NCBI GenBank assembly: GCA_964604485.1
Contig: CAZRZH010000001.1
Coordinates: 1 to 41,755 of the forward strand
Source of the DNA: an uncultured Sideroxydans sp.
GTDB lineage: Bacteria; Pseudomonadota; Gammaproteobacteria; Burkholderiales; Gallionellaceae
Direction: 5' to 3'
DNA length: 41,755 bases
A program made the position numbers and the translations under genes. The notes below the pieces were generated by a model. It ran no database searches. It worked only from the letters and a program-made list of their open reading frames with translations, and was not told the origin of the DNA. Within the stretch, counting starts at the first letter, position 1. Each line of letters starts with the position of its first letter. Below are positions 30,155-40,307 of this stretch, piece after piece.

Positions 30155-30243
30155 CATCGTTGCGCACAGTGAGGTCGCGGGGAGTGCCGCGAGATATCGG
30201 CGACGCAAAACAGTCAACTTTAACGGGGTGGCAGAGTGAATAA
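30151..30243 (+). other. Candidate bridging mini-ORF between murB and ddl (30 aa)
   Basis: [30 protein letters not shown]; ATGA overlap with the murB stop, TAA overlaps the ddl GTG by 8 nt; GGAG 7 nt upstream. Translation unproven. Confidence 0.4.
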
Positions 30244-31213
30244 ATTTGGAAAAGTGGCGGTGTTATTCGGCGGGCGTTCGGCGGAGCGAGAAATCTCCAT
30301 CAAGAGCGGCACAGCCGTGTTGGCTGCGTTGTTACGGAGCGGCGTGGATGCGCACGCGTTCGATCCGGCGACCCGGGATTTACACGTTTTGCGCGACGAG
30401 AAATTCGACCGTGTGTTTATTGCCTTGCACGGACGTTATGGCGAAGACGGCACAGTGCAGGGCGCGCTGGAGTTGATGGGAATTCCCTATACCGGCAGCG
30501 GAGTGATGGCGTCGGCGATTGCGATGGACAAGTGGCGCACCAAGATGATCTGGCAGGCGGCGGGTTTGCCTATTCCGGAATATGAAGCGTTAACGGAGCC
30601 GAGTGACTGGAATGCGCTGGCCGATCATCTGGATTTGCCGCTGTTCATGAAGCCGGCCAATGAGGGGTCAAGTGTCGGCATCAGCAAAGTAAAAAGCGTG
30701 GAAGAACTGCCGGCCGCGTACGCCGAAGCGGCCAAACATGACAGGGTTGTGATCGCCGAGAGTTCAGTCAGCGGCGGCGAATATACGGTAGCGATACTGA
30801 ATGGCCGAGCATTGCCGGTGATCAAAATCGAACCGGTGAACGAGTTCTACGATTACGAAGCTAAATACCTGCGCGATGACACACGTTACTTGTGTCCGTG
30901 CGGGTTGGCCATCGAGGAAGAGCACGCGATGCAGCATTTGGCTCAGCTTGCTTTTGAACTGATCGGCGGACAAGGCTGGGGGCGTGTCGACTTTCTGCGC
31001 GATGAACAAGGCAAAGCCTATTTGCTGGAAGTGAACACGTCTCCCGGCATGACTGATCACAGTTTGGTGCCGATGGCGGCGCGCCAGGCGGGGATCGAAT
31101 TCGACGCATTGGTTTTACAGATTCTGGAGGCGGCAGAGGGTAATAGTGGCTCTTTACGTTCGTCTTCTCACCCGCTTGAGGGAGAGGAAAGAGGTGAGGG
31201 CGATGTGGGATAA
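30236..31213 (+). CDS. ddl: D-Ala-D-Ala ligase with a repeat-derived C-terminal extension
   Basis: [33 protein letters not shown]; about 25 extra residues after LQILE. Confidence 0.96.
   Translation: MNKFGKVAVLFGGRSAEREISIKSGTAVLAALLRSGVDAHAFDPATRDLHVLRDEKFDRVFIALHGRYGEDGTVQGALELMGIPYTGSGVMASAIAMDKWRTKMIWQAAGLPIPEYEALTEPSDWNALADHLDLPLFMKPANEGSSVGISKVKSVEELPAAYAEAAKHDRVVIAESSVSGGEYTVAILNGRALPVIKIEPVNEFYDYEAKYLRDDTRYLCPCGLAIEEEHAMQHLAQLAFELIGGQGWGRVDFLRDEQGKAYLLEVNTSPGMTDHSLVPMAARQAGIEFDALVLQILEAAEGNSGSLRSSSHPLEGEERGEGDVG
31164..31200. repeat. Degenerate CCCTCTCCC-type repeat inside the ddl 3' end
   Basis: CTTCTCACCCGCTTGAGGGAGAGGAAAGAGGTGAGGG aligns by eye with the CCCTCTCCCG...GGGAGAGGG...GGTGAGGG pattern of the other copies. 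Confidence 0.6.
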
Positions 31214-31907
31214 CCCGCATCTGTTGCGAGCAATCGCCAATTTATTGTTCGGCATTTGTCTGCTGCTGGTGCTGCTGGGCGTGGCGCGTTTGGCGTTGCA
31301 CCAGCCTGTTTTTGCTCTGCGGAAACTGGAGTTGACGAGCGCGCCGCAGAGAGTTTCCTCGGAGCAGATGCGGCAAGTGTTAAAAGAACATGTCAGGGGA
31401 AATTTTTTTACTGTCGATCTTGAGCTTACACGGCAGTCTTTCGCAAAGTTGCCTTGGGTGAGAAAGGTCAGTGTGCGGCGCAAGTTCCCGTTGGGGCTGC
31501 AAATGGATGTGGAAGAACATGTCGCACTGGCCCGTTGGAACGGGACGTCGCTGGTGAATACACAGGGCGAAATCTTCATGGCACGGGCTGAAGAGACACT
31601 GCCTGCTTTCATTGGCCAGGCGGAAACTTCACTGCAAGTGGCGCGAATGTTCAAAGAGTTGAATGACGTGGTGCAACCCCTACATCAGCAGATTGTGCAA
31701 CTGAGTCTGTCGCCGCGTTTTGCCTGGCAGGCGAAGCTGGACAGCGGTTTGGTGCTGGAGTTGGGACGCGAGTCGATGCGGCAGCGATTGGAAAAGTTCG
31801 TTGCTGTTTATCCGTACAGCCTGGAAGCAAACTTGCAGATCGTGCGTCATGTCGATCTGCGGTATCGCAACGGGTTTGCGGCATTTATGCCGGGCAGTGA
31901 AGTATGA
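31203..31907 (+). CDS. ftsQ: Cell division protein FtsQ
   Basis: MWDN start, TM helix, [24 protein letters not shown] region, DLRYRNGFA. Confidence 0.95.
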   Translation: MWDNPHLLRAIANLLFGICLLLVLLGVARLALHQPVFALRKLELTSAPQRVSSEQMRQVLKEHVRGNFFTVDLELTRQSFAKLPWVRKVSVRRKFPLGLQMDVEEHVALARWNGTSLVNTQGEIFMARAEETLPAFIGQAETSLQVARMFKELNDVVQPLHQQIVQLSLSPRFAWQAKLDSGLVLELGRESMRQRLEKFVAVYPYSLEANLQIVRHVDLRYRNGFAAFMPGSEV

Positions 31908-31927
31908 AATGGGTTTAGGGGACGGGA

Positions 31928-33157
31928 ATGAGTAAAGAAAGTAAGAACTTGATCGTGGGCCTGGACATCGGCACCTCAAAGATCGCCTGTATCGTCGCCG
32001 AAGTCACGCCCGAAGGCACGCTGGAAGTGATCGGGGCGGGCATGCATCAATCGTCGGGAATGAGGAAAGGGATGGTGGTGAACATTGATGCCACCGTCGG
32101 TGCGATCCAGCAGGCACTGCAGGAAGCCGAGCTGATGGCGGATTGCAAGATTCGAACCGTTTATACGGGGATCGCGGGCGGACATATTCGCAGTTCGAAT
32201 GCGCACGGCATGATCAAGATCAAAGAAAAGGAAGTGGCGCAGACCGATGTGGTACGCGCGATTGAGACTGCCAGTTCGATCAGCCTGCCCAGTGACCAGC
32301 AGATTCTGCACATCCTTGAGCAGGAGTTCAGCATCGACGGTCAGGGCGGGATCAAGAAGCCGCTGGGGATGAGTGGTATGCGGCTTGAAGTGGAGATCCA
32401 TATCGTCACCGGCGCAGTGTCGGCTGTGCAAAACATTTTGAAATGTATCCACCGCTGCGGCTTGGATGTGAACGAGATGATCCTGCAGCCTTTGGCTTCC
32501 AGCAAGTCGGTGCTGGCCGACGATGAGAAAGAGTTGGGCGTGTGCCTGATCGATATCGGCGGCGGCACCACCGATGTGGCCGTGTTCACGGGTGGCGCGA
32601 TCCGTCACACGGCGGTGATCCCGATCGCCGGTGACCAGATTACCAACGATATCGCCATGGCGCTACGCACCCCTACCAAGGATGCGGAGGATATCAAGAT
32701 CAAATACGGATGCGCGTTGCGTCAGTTGGCAAACGATGCGCCGATTGAGGTGCCGGGTGTGGGTGAGCGCAGCTCGCGCATGTTGTCGCGGCAAACATTG
32801 GCCGAGGTGATCGAGCCGCGCGTTGAAGAGTTGTATTCGCTGGTACAGACCGAATTACGGCGCAGCGGGTTCGAGGATTTGCTGTCGTCCGGCATCGTGA
32901 TTACCGGGGGGAGCAGTGCCATGCAAGGCATGGTGGAGCTGGGCGAGGAGATCTTCCACCTGCCGGTACGTTTGGGATTGCCGCGCAACATCGGGGGGCT
33001 TTCCGCCGTAGTGAAGACGCCACGGTATGCAACCGGTGTCGGCCTGCTGGTATACGGGCTGGAGCGCTTCCAGAGAGATGAAGTGTCACGTGTGAATTCA
33101 GGTTCGTTCAAGGATGTGATGGAGAAGATGAAGGATTGGTTCAAGGGAAATTTTTAG
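31928..33157 (+). CDS. ftsA: Cell division protein FtsA
   Basis: GLDIGTSK, DIGGGTTD, ITGGS, C-terminal amphipathic KDWFKGNF. Confidence 0.98.
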   Translation: MSKESKNLIVGLDIGTSKIACIVAEVTPEGTLEVIGAGMHQSSGMRKGMVVNIDATVGAIQQALQEAELMADCKIRTVYTGIAGGHIRSSNAHGMIKIKEKEVAQTDVVRAIETASSISLPSDQQILHILEQEFSIDGQGGIKKPLGMSGMRLEVEIHIVTGAVSAVQNILKCIHRCGLDVNEMILQPLASSKSVLADDEKELGVCLIDIGGGTTDVAVFTGGAIRHTAVIPIAGDQITNDIAMALRTPTKDAEDIKIKYGCALRQLANDAPIEVPGVGERSSRMLSRQTLAEVIEPRVEELYSLVQTELRRSGFEDLLSSGIVITGGSSAMQGMVELGEEIFHLPVRLGLPRNIGGLSAVVKTPRYATGVGLLVYGLERFQRDEVSRVNSGSFKDVMEKMKDWFKGNF

Positions 33158-33222
33158 AATTGAGCGTATTGGGTTTTCGTATTTTGTAATGAGTAATTGA
33201 ATTTAACTTAAGGAGAATAAAG

Positions 33223-34380
33223 ATGGCTTTCGAACTGATAGACGCACAACCGCAGGGCGCGGTGATCAAGGTGGTGGGCGTGGGCGGTTGCGGCGGCAAC
33301 GCGATCGATCACATGATCGAGCAGGGCGTGCAGGGTGTCGAATTCATTGTCATCAACACGGATGCACAGGCACTCAAGCGCAGCAAGGCGCGCGTGCAAC
33401 TGCAGATTGGAGCTTCGCTCACCAAGGGACTCGGGGCGGGCGCCAAACCGGAGATCGGCCAAGCGGCAGCGGAAGAAGATCGTGAACGCATCGCGGACAT
33501 CATTAACGGTGCGAACATGGTTTTCATCACGGCAGGCATGGGTGGGGGAACGGGCACCGGTGCGGCACCCATCGTGGCCCAAGTCGCCAAAGAGATGGGA
33601 ATTCTCACCGTGGCGGTGGTCACAAAACCGTTCGTGTTCGAAGGCAAGCGTATGACACTGGCACTGAAAGGGATCGAAGAGTTAGCGTCATTTGTTGACT
33701 CGCTCATTATTGTGCCCAACGCAAAGCTGATGGAGGTTTTGGGAGGCAAGACGACATTGCCGCAAGCTTTCAGGGCGGCGAACGGGGTGTTGCAGGGGGC
33801 GGTGGCCGGAATCGCCGAGGTGATCAATGTTCCGGGCATGGTGAATGTGGATTTCGCCGATGTCTGCACGCTCATGTCCGAGAACGGCATGGCGATGATG
33901 GGGGCGGCCAGTGCATCGGGAGAAGGTCGTGCGCAACGCGCGGCCGAGCAGGCGATTGCCAGCCCGCTGTTGGAAGATGTGGATCTGTCGGGCGCGCGGG
34001 GTGTGCTGGTGAATATCACCTCCAGCAGCAACCTGACGCTGCAAGAGTTACATGAAGTGATGAATTGCTTCCAGTTTGCTGCAACTGAAGCGACCGTGAT
34101 CGTGGGCTCTGTATTTGACGAAGAAATGGGTGATGAATTGCGTGTGACTATCGTGGCAACCGGCCTCGGTTCAGCAGTGCGAAAGCAACCCAAACCGGTT
34201 CTGGTTCCCGAAAAACAATTGCGCACCGGAACTCACGATGCCTCGCCGATCGATTACGTTGATCTGGAGATGCCGACAGTGATCCGAACCGGACGTCATC
34301 GGGAGGCGGTGGAAGCAATGAGGTTATCCGGAGTTGATCCGCTGGATATCCCCTCATTTTTGCGCAAGCAGGCGGATTGA
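33223..34380 (+). CDS. ftsZ: Cell division protein FtsZ
   Basis: GGGTGTG tubulin signature, NVDFAD, C-terminal DIPSFLRKQAD. Confidence 0.99.
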   Translation: MAFELIDAQPQGAVIKVVGVGGCGGNAIDHMIEQGVQGVEFIVINTDAQALKRSKARVQLQIGASLTKGLGAGAKPEIGQAAAEEDRERIADIINGANMVFITAGMGGGTGTGAAPIVAQVAKEMGILTVAVVTKPFVFEGKRMTLALKGIEELASFVDSLIIVPNAKLMEVLGGKTTLPQAFRAANGVLQGAVAGIAEVINVPGMVNVDFADVCTLMSENGMAMMGAASASGEGRAQRAAEQAIASPLLEDVDLSGARGVLVNITSSSNLTLQELHEVMNCFQFAATEATVIVGSVFDEEMGDELRVTIVATGLGSAVRKQPKPVLVPEKQLRTGTHDASPIDYVDLEMPTVIRTGRHREAVEAMRLSGVDPLDIPSFLRKQAD

Positions 34381-34458
34381 AACGTTTCTCATCCCTGCGG
34401 CTCAATCAAGAATTGGGGCTATGTTAAGATTCACGCCCAATCTGACAGGTCAAGTTAA

Positions 34459-35370
34459 ATGGTCAAGCAGCGCACTTTGAAGACGACGGTGCAAGCCACG
34501 GGAGTGGGTTTGCACACCGGTGAGAAGGTCTATCTGACCTTGCGCCCGGCTGAAATAGATAGTGGCATCGTGTTCCGCCGCATCGACTTGCCCGGTTCAC
34601 CGCACATTCGTGCCGAAGCCCATGCGGTGCATGACACACGACTTTCAACCTGTTTGGAAGCAGATGGCACGCGAGTGGCAACAGTTGAGCATTTGATGTC
34701 CGCACTGTCGGGTTTGGGAATTGACAATGTCATTGTAGAGTTGACCAGCCCAGAATTGCCCATCATGGATGGGAGTGCAGGCACCTTCATATTTTTACTG
34801 CAATCCGCCGGTCTGGTGGAACAATCATCCGCCAAAAAATTCATTCGAATTAAAAAAACCATTGAAGTGAAGGACGGGGACAAATGGGTTCGTTTTGACC
34901 CGTTCAATGGCTACAAGCTGACATTTACAATCAATTTTGCGCATCCGGTGTTTGCCAACACCAAACAGAACGTGACGGTGGACTTGGGTAAGCATTCTTA
35001 TATTAAAGAGGTGAGTCGAGCACGGACATTTGGTTTCATGCACGATGTTGAGAATATGCGCGCCCAAGGCTTGGCTTTGGGCGGCAATTTGGATAATGCC
35101 ATCGTGATGGACGAGTACCGTGTCATCAATCCTGATGGGCTGCGCTTCGACGATGAGTTCGTGAAGCATAAAGTGCTCGATGCAATAGGCGATTTGTATT
35201 TGTTGGGCCATCCGCTGATTGGTGCTTTCTCGGGCTACAAATCCGGTCACGCTTTGAACAATGCGTTATGTAGGGCAATGCTGGCCGATGAATCGTGTTG
35301 GGAATTTGTCACCTACGACAAGGTTGAGGAAGCGCCGGATTTTCTGCGCTTGCAAATGCAACCGGCCTAG
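34459..35370 (+). CDS. lpxC: UDP-3-O-acyl-GlcNAc deacetylase
   Basis: [33 protein letters not shown]. Confidence 0.98.
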   Translation: MVKQRTLKTTVQATGVGLHTGEKVYLTLRPAEIDSGIVFRRIDLPGSPHIRAEAHAVHDTRLSTCLEADGTRVATVEHLMSALSGLGIDNVIVELTSPELPIMDGSAGTFIFLLQSAGLVEQSSAKKFIRIKKTIEVKDGDKWVRFDPFNGYKLTFTINFAHPVFANTKQNVTVDLGKHSYIKEVSRARTFGFMHDVENMRAQGLALGGNLDNAIVMDEYRVINPDGLRFDDEFVKHKVLDAIGDLYLLGHPLIGAFSGYKSGHALNNALCRAMLADESCWEFVTYDKVEEAPDFLRLQMQPA

Positions 35371-35382
35371 TGCGGAGCTGTA

Positions 35383-35580
35383 ATGTTCATCCGACTTGCC
35401 TTGATACTTTCGGCTCTGCTTATCGTTGTATCTTTTGCAGCCTATCTTTTTACCCGCGACAATCGTTTTTTGGGATTTGCTTGGCAAGTCGTCCGATTCA
35501 TCTTGTTTGCGTTACTTGTTTTTGGAGTCCTTTACCTCCTTGAACGTTATGGGCTGGCGGCGTGGAAAGTACTCCTATAG
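35383..35580 (+). CDS. Small two-TM membrane protein
   Basis: 65 aa, two hydrophobic helices around YLFTRDNRFL; GGAG RBS right after lpxC. Confidence 0.7.
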   Translation: MFIRLALILSALLIVVSFAAYLFTRDNRFLGFAWQVVRFILFALLVFGVLYLLERYGLAAWKVLL

Positions 35581-35597
35581 CGAGTAAGTTTTTAGCA

Positions 35598-36026
35598 TTA
35601 TTTGGATTCGGCCTGTTTCTTGAGGCGCTGTATTGCCAATTTCAGTGGGCTATCGCGTAACTTTAGTTCTAAGTCGGCGAGTTGTTTTTCAGCGGCATAA
35701 CCTAGGGTCCTGTGTGGAGTGGTCATGGGCGTTGATTTTGCCCGCACTTGCACCCTGACCTGAATTCCAGTAACCTTGCATCCCCTTGTTAAAAATAAGG
35801 AAATCAGTTCGGAGCTGATTAGTCGAAGTTTTGTAGCAACGGATCCGTTGTCTGCCGAGATGAATAACGTTTCGCCCCGTATGAAATAAACCCTGCTTGC
35901 ATTGAGCAGAGAGGGAGGCGCGATCAACTGATAGTGTCGTTGTAGTGCGGAAACTTCTTTAGCGCGCAGCGAGAGTTGTCTTAAGTCCTGGTTGTTTTCA
36001 AAGAAGTCTTTAAAATGATTGGACAC
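35598..36026 (-). CDS. dciA: DUF721/DciA family protein
   Basis: LFISADNGSVATKLR and IQVRVQ motifs; usual divergent position between lpxC and M23-secA; start uncertain (36026 or 36059). Confidence 0.7.
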   Translation of the reverse strand: MSNHFKDFFENNQDLRQLSLRAKEVSALQRHYQLIAPPSLLNASRVYFIRGETLFISADNGSVATKLRLISSELISLFLTRGCKVTGIQVRVQVRAKSTPMTTPHRTLGYAAEKQLADLELKLRDSPLKLAIQRLKKQAESK

Positions 36027-36060
36027 ATTAGGTAATAAAACGATTTTTAGGGGAGGCAAC

Positions 36061-36984
36061 GTGCATATTATTCTAATTTCAAATGGCTATGCAAAATCAC
36101 GCAATCTGACCCTTACCGGCTTCCATCTTTGGGGCGCTGGAATTTTGGCATTTTTGCTGTTTATTGGCGCTGTATTGACAGTTCAGTATGCCATCGTACG
36201 TTTTCAACCCGGCACAATCAGCAGTGAATTGAAAAGCTGGTTGGCGAGTGCACAGGTTGCTGAGCAACAAAAGCAGCAGGCGTACCTGCGTCAAAGTCTG
36301 GATGCACTGGCGATGCGTTTGGGCCAGATGCAAGCGCAATTACAACGTCTTGATGGATTGGGTGCGCGGCTCGCGAAGATGACCGGTATGAATCCACAGG
36401 AATTCTCGTTCGGTCAACAGCCGGCCCAAGGTGGGCCGTATATTCCGGTGCTTCCCCAGCAAGGTGTGACCTTGGAAGCGATGGAGAAGCAGCTTGTCAC
36501 CATGAATGCGCTGTTGGGCGACCGCAACGATAAACTCGTTGCCCTTGAAACCTTGTTTTTGCAAGACCGTTTGGACAAGAAAATGCTTCCATCCGTGGCG
36601 CCCATCACGGTCGGCTGGTACTCCTCAAACTTTGGATGGCGCCTCGATCCGTTCACCGGACAGAGCGCGATGCATGAAGGCGTCGACTACCAAGTGCCGG
36701 AGGGGACGCCGATCTTTGCCTCCGCCGGAGGGGTGGTGGTGTTCGCGGATGTCCATCCTCAATATGGTAATATGGTGGAGATTGATCACGGCAACGAAAT
36801 TATCACGCGTTATGCTCACGCATCAAAATTGCTGGTCAAAGTGGGCGAAGTGGTAAGACGCGGGCGTGAAATCGCCAAGGTTGGTAGCACCGGACGTTCC
36901 ACGGGCAACCACCTGCACTTTGAAGTGAGATACAAAGGCACAGCCCAGAATCCGGTACGCTTCCTGCAAAAAGCATCAAGTTGA
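36061..36984 (+). CDS. M23 family metallopeptidase with TM anchor and coiled coil
   Basis: HEGVD (HxxxD), YAH, STGNHLHFEV; GGAGG RBS before GTG 36061. Confidence 0.92.
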   Translation: MHIILISNGYAKSRNLTLTGFHLWGAGILAFLLFIGAVLTVQYAIVRFQPGTISSELKSWLASAQVAEQQKQQAYLRQSLDALAMRLGQMQAQLQRLDGLGARLAKMTGMNPQEFSFGQQPAQGGPYIPVLPQQGVTLEAMEKQLVTMNALLGDRNDKLVALETLFLQDRLDKKMLPSVAPITVGWYSSNFGWRLDPFTGQSAMHEGVDYQVPEGTPIFASAGGVVVFADVHPQYGNMVEIDHGNEIITRYAHASKLLVKVGEVVRRGREIAKVGSTGRSTGNHLHFEVRYKGTAQNPVRFLQKASS

Positions 36985-37002
36985 AGCTTTTGAATTCGTA
37001 GC

Positions 37003-37031
37003 AGGGTGAGGCGTAAGCCTCACCCTTTTTT
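37003..37031 (+). terminator. Strong intrinsic terminator between the M23 gene and secA
   Basis: AGGGTGAGGC-GTAA-GCCTCACCCT with a T tract; perfect 10-bp stem and GNRA loop. Confidence 0.85.
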
Positions 37032-37066
37032 ATTTGTTTGTAACAGTCGTCAAAGAAAATAACAGC

Positions 37067-39781
37067 ATGATCTCCAACTTGTTGAAATCCGTGTTTGGTA
37101 GCCGTAACGATCGCCTGCTCAAACAATACCGTCAGACCGTCACGCGCATCAATGTCCTCGAAGCAGGAATTGCGTCCCTTTCGGACGAGCAATTAAGGGC
37201 CAAGACGGAATCATTCAAGCAGCGCGCACAACAGGGGGAGACGCTCGATGCGTTGCTGCCCGAAGCTTTTGCGGTGGTACGTGAAGGTGGCAAGCGTGTA
37301 TTGCAGATGCGCCATTTCGATGTGCAATTGATCGGTGGCATGGTGTTGCATTACGGCAAGATCGCCGAAATGCGCACCGGTGAAGGCAAGACATTGATGG
37401 CAACTTTGCCGGCATACCTGAATGCTTTGTCCGGCAAGGGTGTGCATGTGGTGACGGTGAATGATTATTTGGCGGCTCGCGACGCGGAGTGGATGGGGCG
37501 TTTGTACCGGTTCCTGGGTTTGTCGGTCGGAGTAATCTTAACCAGTATGGAGCATGCGGACAAACAGGCGGCCTACGCTGCCGACATCACCTACGGCACC
37601 AATAACGAATTCGGCTTCGATTACTTGCGCGACAACATGGCGGCGCAGGCGACAGAACGCTTCCAGCGCGGATTGAATTTTTCCATCGTGGATGAAGTTG
37701 ACTCCATCCTCATTGACGAGGCGCGCACCCCGTTGATTATCTCAGGCCAAGCCGAAGATAATCTTGATGTGTACCTGCAAATGAACAAGCTGGTGCCGGG
37801 TTTGACTCGCCAAGCTGATGAAAATGCGCCCGGTGATTTTCACGTGGATGAAAAGAATCACCAGATCCTATTGAGCGAATCGGGTCATGAACACGCAGAA
37901 CGATTACTGGCTCAGGCCGGATTTCTTCCTGTGGGTGGAAGCCTGTACGACCCGGCCAATATCACGCTGATCCACCATCTGTATGCCGCATTGCGTGCCC
38001 ACAACCTGTTCCATCTCGATCAAAATTACGTGGTGCAGAACAACGAAGTGATTATCGTCGATGAATTCACCGGAAGGCTGATGGCAGGCAGACGCTGGTC
38101 GGATGGACTGCATCAGGCGGTTGAAGCCAAGGAAGGTGTGGCCATCCAGAAAGAGAACCAGACGCTGGCCTCGATCACTTTCCAAAATTATTTCCGTATG
38201 TATAACAAACTCTCGGGCATGACAGGGACGGCCGATACCGAGGCTTATGAATTTCAGTCTATCTACAATCTGGAGACTGTCATCATTCCCCCGCATCGTC
38301 CTACGGTGCGCAACGACATGATGGACAAGGTCTTCCTCAGCGCGGGTGAAAAATACACGGCGGTGATCGCCGATGTGCGCGATTGCCATGAGCGCGGGCA
38401 ACCAGTGTTGGTCGGCACGACATCAATCGAAACCTCCGAGTTGCTGTCCAGTTTGCTGGATAAAGCAAAACTGCCGCATCAGGTCTTGAACGCCAAGCAG
38501 CATGCACGCGAAGCCGAGATCGTGGCCCAGGCCGGTCGGCCAAAGATGATCACCATCGCCACCAATATGGCAGGACGCGGCACCGACATCGTGTTGGGCG
38601 GAAACGTGGAGAAACCCATCGAGCTGGTACGTATGGACGAGAGTCTGGATGCGACAACGCGGGAGCAACGCGTTGAGCAATTACGCGCCGAATGGAAACC
38701 GGTGCACGAGCAAGTTGTCGCCAGCGGTGGCTTGCACATCATTGGAACCGAACGTCACGAATCACGGCGTGTGGACAATCAACTACGCGGACGTTCCGGG
38801 CGTCAGGGTGACCCCGGCTCTAGCCGTTTCTATTTGTCGCTGGAAGATCCGCTGTTGCGCATTTTTGCCTCAGATCGCGTGGCGGCGATCATGAATAAAT
38901 TCAAGTTGCCCGAAGGTGAAGCCATCGAACACAGCTGGGTGACACGTGCTATCGAGAACGCGCAACGCAAGGTCGAGGCGCGCAATTTCGATATGCGCAA
39001 ACAGATTTTGGAATATGACGACGTCGCCAACGATCAGCGCAAGGTCATCTATCAGCAACGCGCAGAGTTGCTGGAAAGCACGGATATCAGCGAGACCATC
39101 AGCGCGATGCGTGAAGGTGTCTTGAGCGACTTGTTCGCCGAATATTTCCCGCAGGGCAGTTTGGAAGAGCAATGGGATGCGCCAGCTTTGGAAAAAGCAC
39201 TGGCCGCCGATTTTCAGTTGCGTCTCCCCTTGGTTCAATGGCTGGAGCAGGAGAAACAGCTGGACCAATCCGGATTAAATAAACGTATTGTTGATTCGGC
39301 GCGTGATCAGTATCAAGCAAAAGTCGATCAGGTCGGCAGTGAAGTGATGCATGGGTATGAACGTATCGTGATGCTGCAAAGTCTCGATCAGCATTGGCGC
39401 GAACATTTGGCCGCGCTGGATCATTTACGTCAGGGCATTCATCTGCGCGGTTATGCGCAAAAAAATCCCAAGCAAGAATACAAACGTGAAGCGTTTGAAT
39501 TGTTTGCCTCCATGCTGGAGTCGATCAAGCGTGACGTGACGCAGACACTGATGAACGTGCAGATCCGCAGCGAAGCGGATGTGGCGGCGGCGGAAGCGCC
39601 CCACACGCCGGAAAATGTACAGTATCATCACGCGGACTATGAAGAAGCTCTGGGGAATTCCGAACCGCAAGCCAGCGAACACAAGCCGTTCGTGCGTTCA
39701 GGTGAAAAGGTGGGGCGTAATGATCCTTGCCCCTGCGGCTCCGGAAAGAAATACAAGCAGTGCCACGGCAAATTGAATTGA
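37067..39781 (+). CDS. secA: Preprotein translocase ATPase SecA
   Basis: [35 protein letters not shown]-terminal SEC-C motif [18 protein letters not shown]. Confidence 0.99.
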   Translation: MISNLLKSVFGSRNDRLLKQYRQTVTRINVLEAGIASLSDEQLRAKTESFKQRAQQGETLDALLPEAFAVVREGGKRVLQMRHFDVQLIGGMVLHYGKIAEMRTGEGKTLMATLPAYLNALSGKGVHVVTVNDYLAARDAEWMGRLYRFLGLSVGVILTSMEHADKQAAYAADITYGTNNEFGFDYLRDNMAAQATERFQRGLNFSIVDEVDSILIDEARTPLIISGQAEDNLDVYLQMNKLVPGLTRQADENAPGDFHVDEKNHQILLSESGHEHAERLLAQAGFLPVGGSLYDPANITLIHHLYAALRAHNLFHLDQNYVVQNNEVIIVDEFTGRLMAGRRWSDGLHQAVEAKEGVAIQKENQTLASITFQNYFRMYNKLSGMTGTADTEAYEFQSIYNLETVIIPPHRPTVRNDMMDKVFLSAGEKYTAVIADVRDCHERGQPVLVGTTSIETSELLSSLLDKAKLPHQVLNAKQHAREAEIVAQAGRPKMITIATNMAGRGTDIVLGGNVEKPIELVRMDESLDATTREQRVEQLRAEWKPVHEQVVASGGLHIIGTERHESRRVDNQLRGRSGRQGDPGSSRFYLSLEDPLLRIFASDRVAAIMNKFKLPEGEAIEHSWVTRAIENAQRKVEARNFDMRKQILEYDDVANDQRKVIYQQRAELLESTDISETISAMREGVLSDLFAEYFPQGSLEEQWDAPALEKALAADFQLRLPLVQWLEQEKQLDQSGLNKRIVDSARDQYQAKVDQVGSEVMHGYERIVMLQSLDQHWREHLAALDHLRQGIHLRGYAQKNPKQEYKREAFELFASMLESIKRDVTQTLMNVQIRSEADVAAAEAPHTPENVQYHHADYEEALGNSEPQASEHKPFVRSGEKVGRNDPCPCGSGKKYKQCHGKLN

Positions 39782-39807
39782 ACAAATTAATACCACAGGA
39801 GAAGAAG

Positions 39808-40305
39808 ATGCCGACTGATGATCTGATCTTGCAAACGTTACACAACTCGACGCTGACTGAGGAGTTGCGCGACGCTGAAATTGAATCGCTTGGGCGGTTG
39901 TTCGAAGTCAGGGAATACAAGGCCGGAGATTGCATGTTACGTCCCGGTGAAGAGCGATTAAAAAATTCATTAATCGTCTTGGCGAGCGGAGAAGTTGAGG
40001 CGACAGCGATCATCGGCGGCGAACAGGCGACTTTGCATCTGCTGCAACCCGGTGATCTGGCTGGAATCATCACTTTCGTGGGCGGCAATGTGTCGCAGAT
40101 CAGCGCCACAGTAATAGCCAAGACCGATTGCCAGGTGTTGCTACTGGAACGCTCAAAGTTCGAATCGTTGTTGAATACTCAACCCGCCATCGTTTATTAC
40201 GTGATGCGGGGCATCGTGCGCCATGTGCATGGCATCGTGCGCCGCATGAATGCACAATCGGTGGAAATGACCAATTATCTGTACAAGACGGGCGGGCGTT
40301 TCTAG
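39808..40305 (+). CDS. Stand-alone cyclic-nucleotide-binding domain protein
   Basis: 165 aa; YKAGD...VLASGEVE...LQPGDLAG...SATVIA CAP-type beta-roll plus C-helix, no HTH; AGGAG RBS. Confidence 0.85.
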   Translation: MPTDDLILQTLHNSTLTEELRDAEIESLGRLFEVREYKAGDCMLRPGEERLKNSLIVLASGEVEATAIIGGEQATLHLLQPGDLAGIITFVGGNVSQISATVIAKTDCQVLLLERSKFESLLNTQPAIVYYVMRGIVRHVHGIVRRMNAQSVEMTNYLYKTGGRF

Positions 40306-40307
40306 TC

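Noticed and set aside
31904-31935. Tiny frames at the ftsQ-ftsA junction as another bridge
   Set aside because: The ATGA frame stops after 4 codons (MKWV), the spacer is only 20 nt and has no repeat
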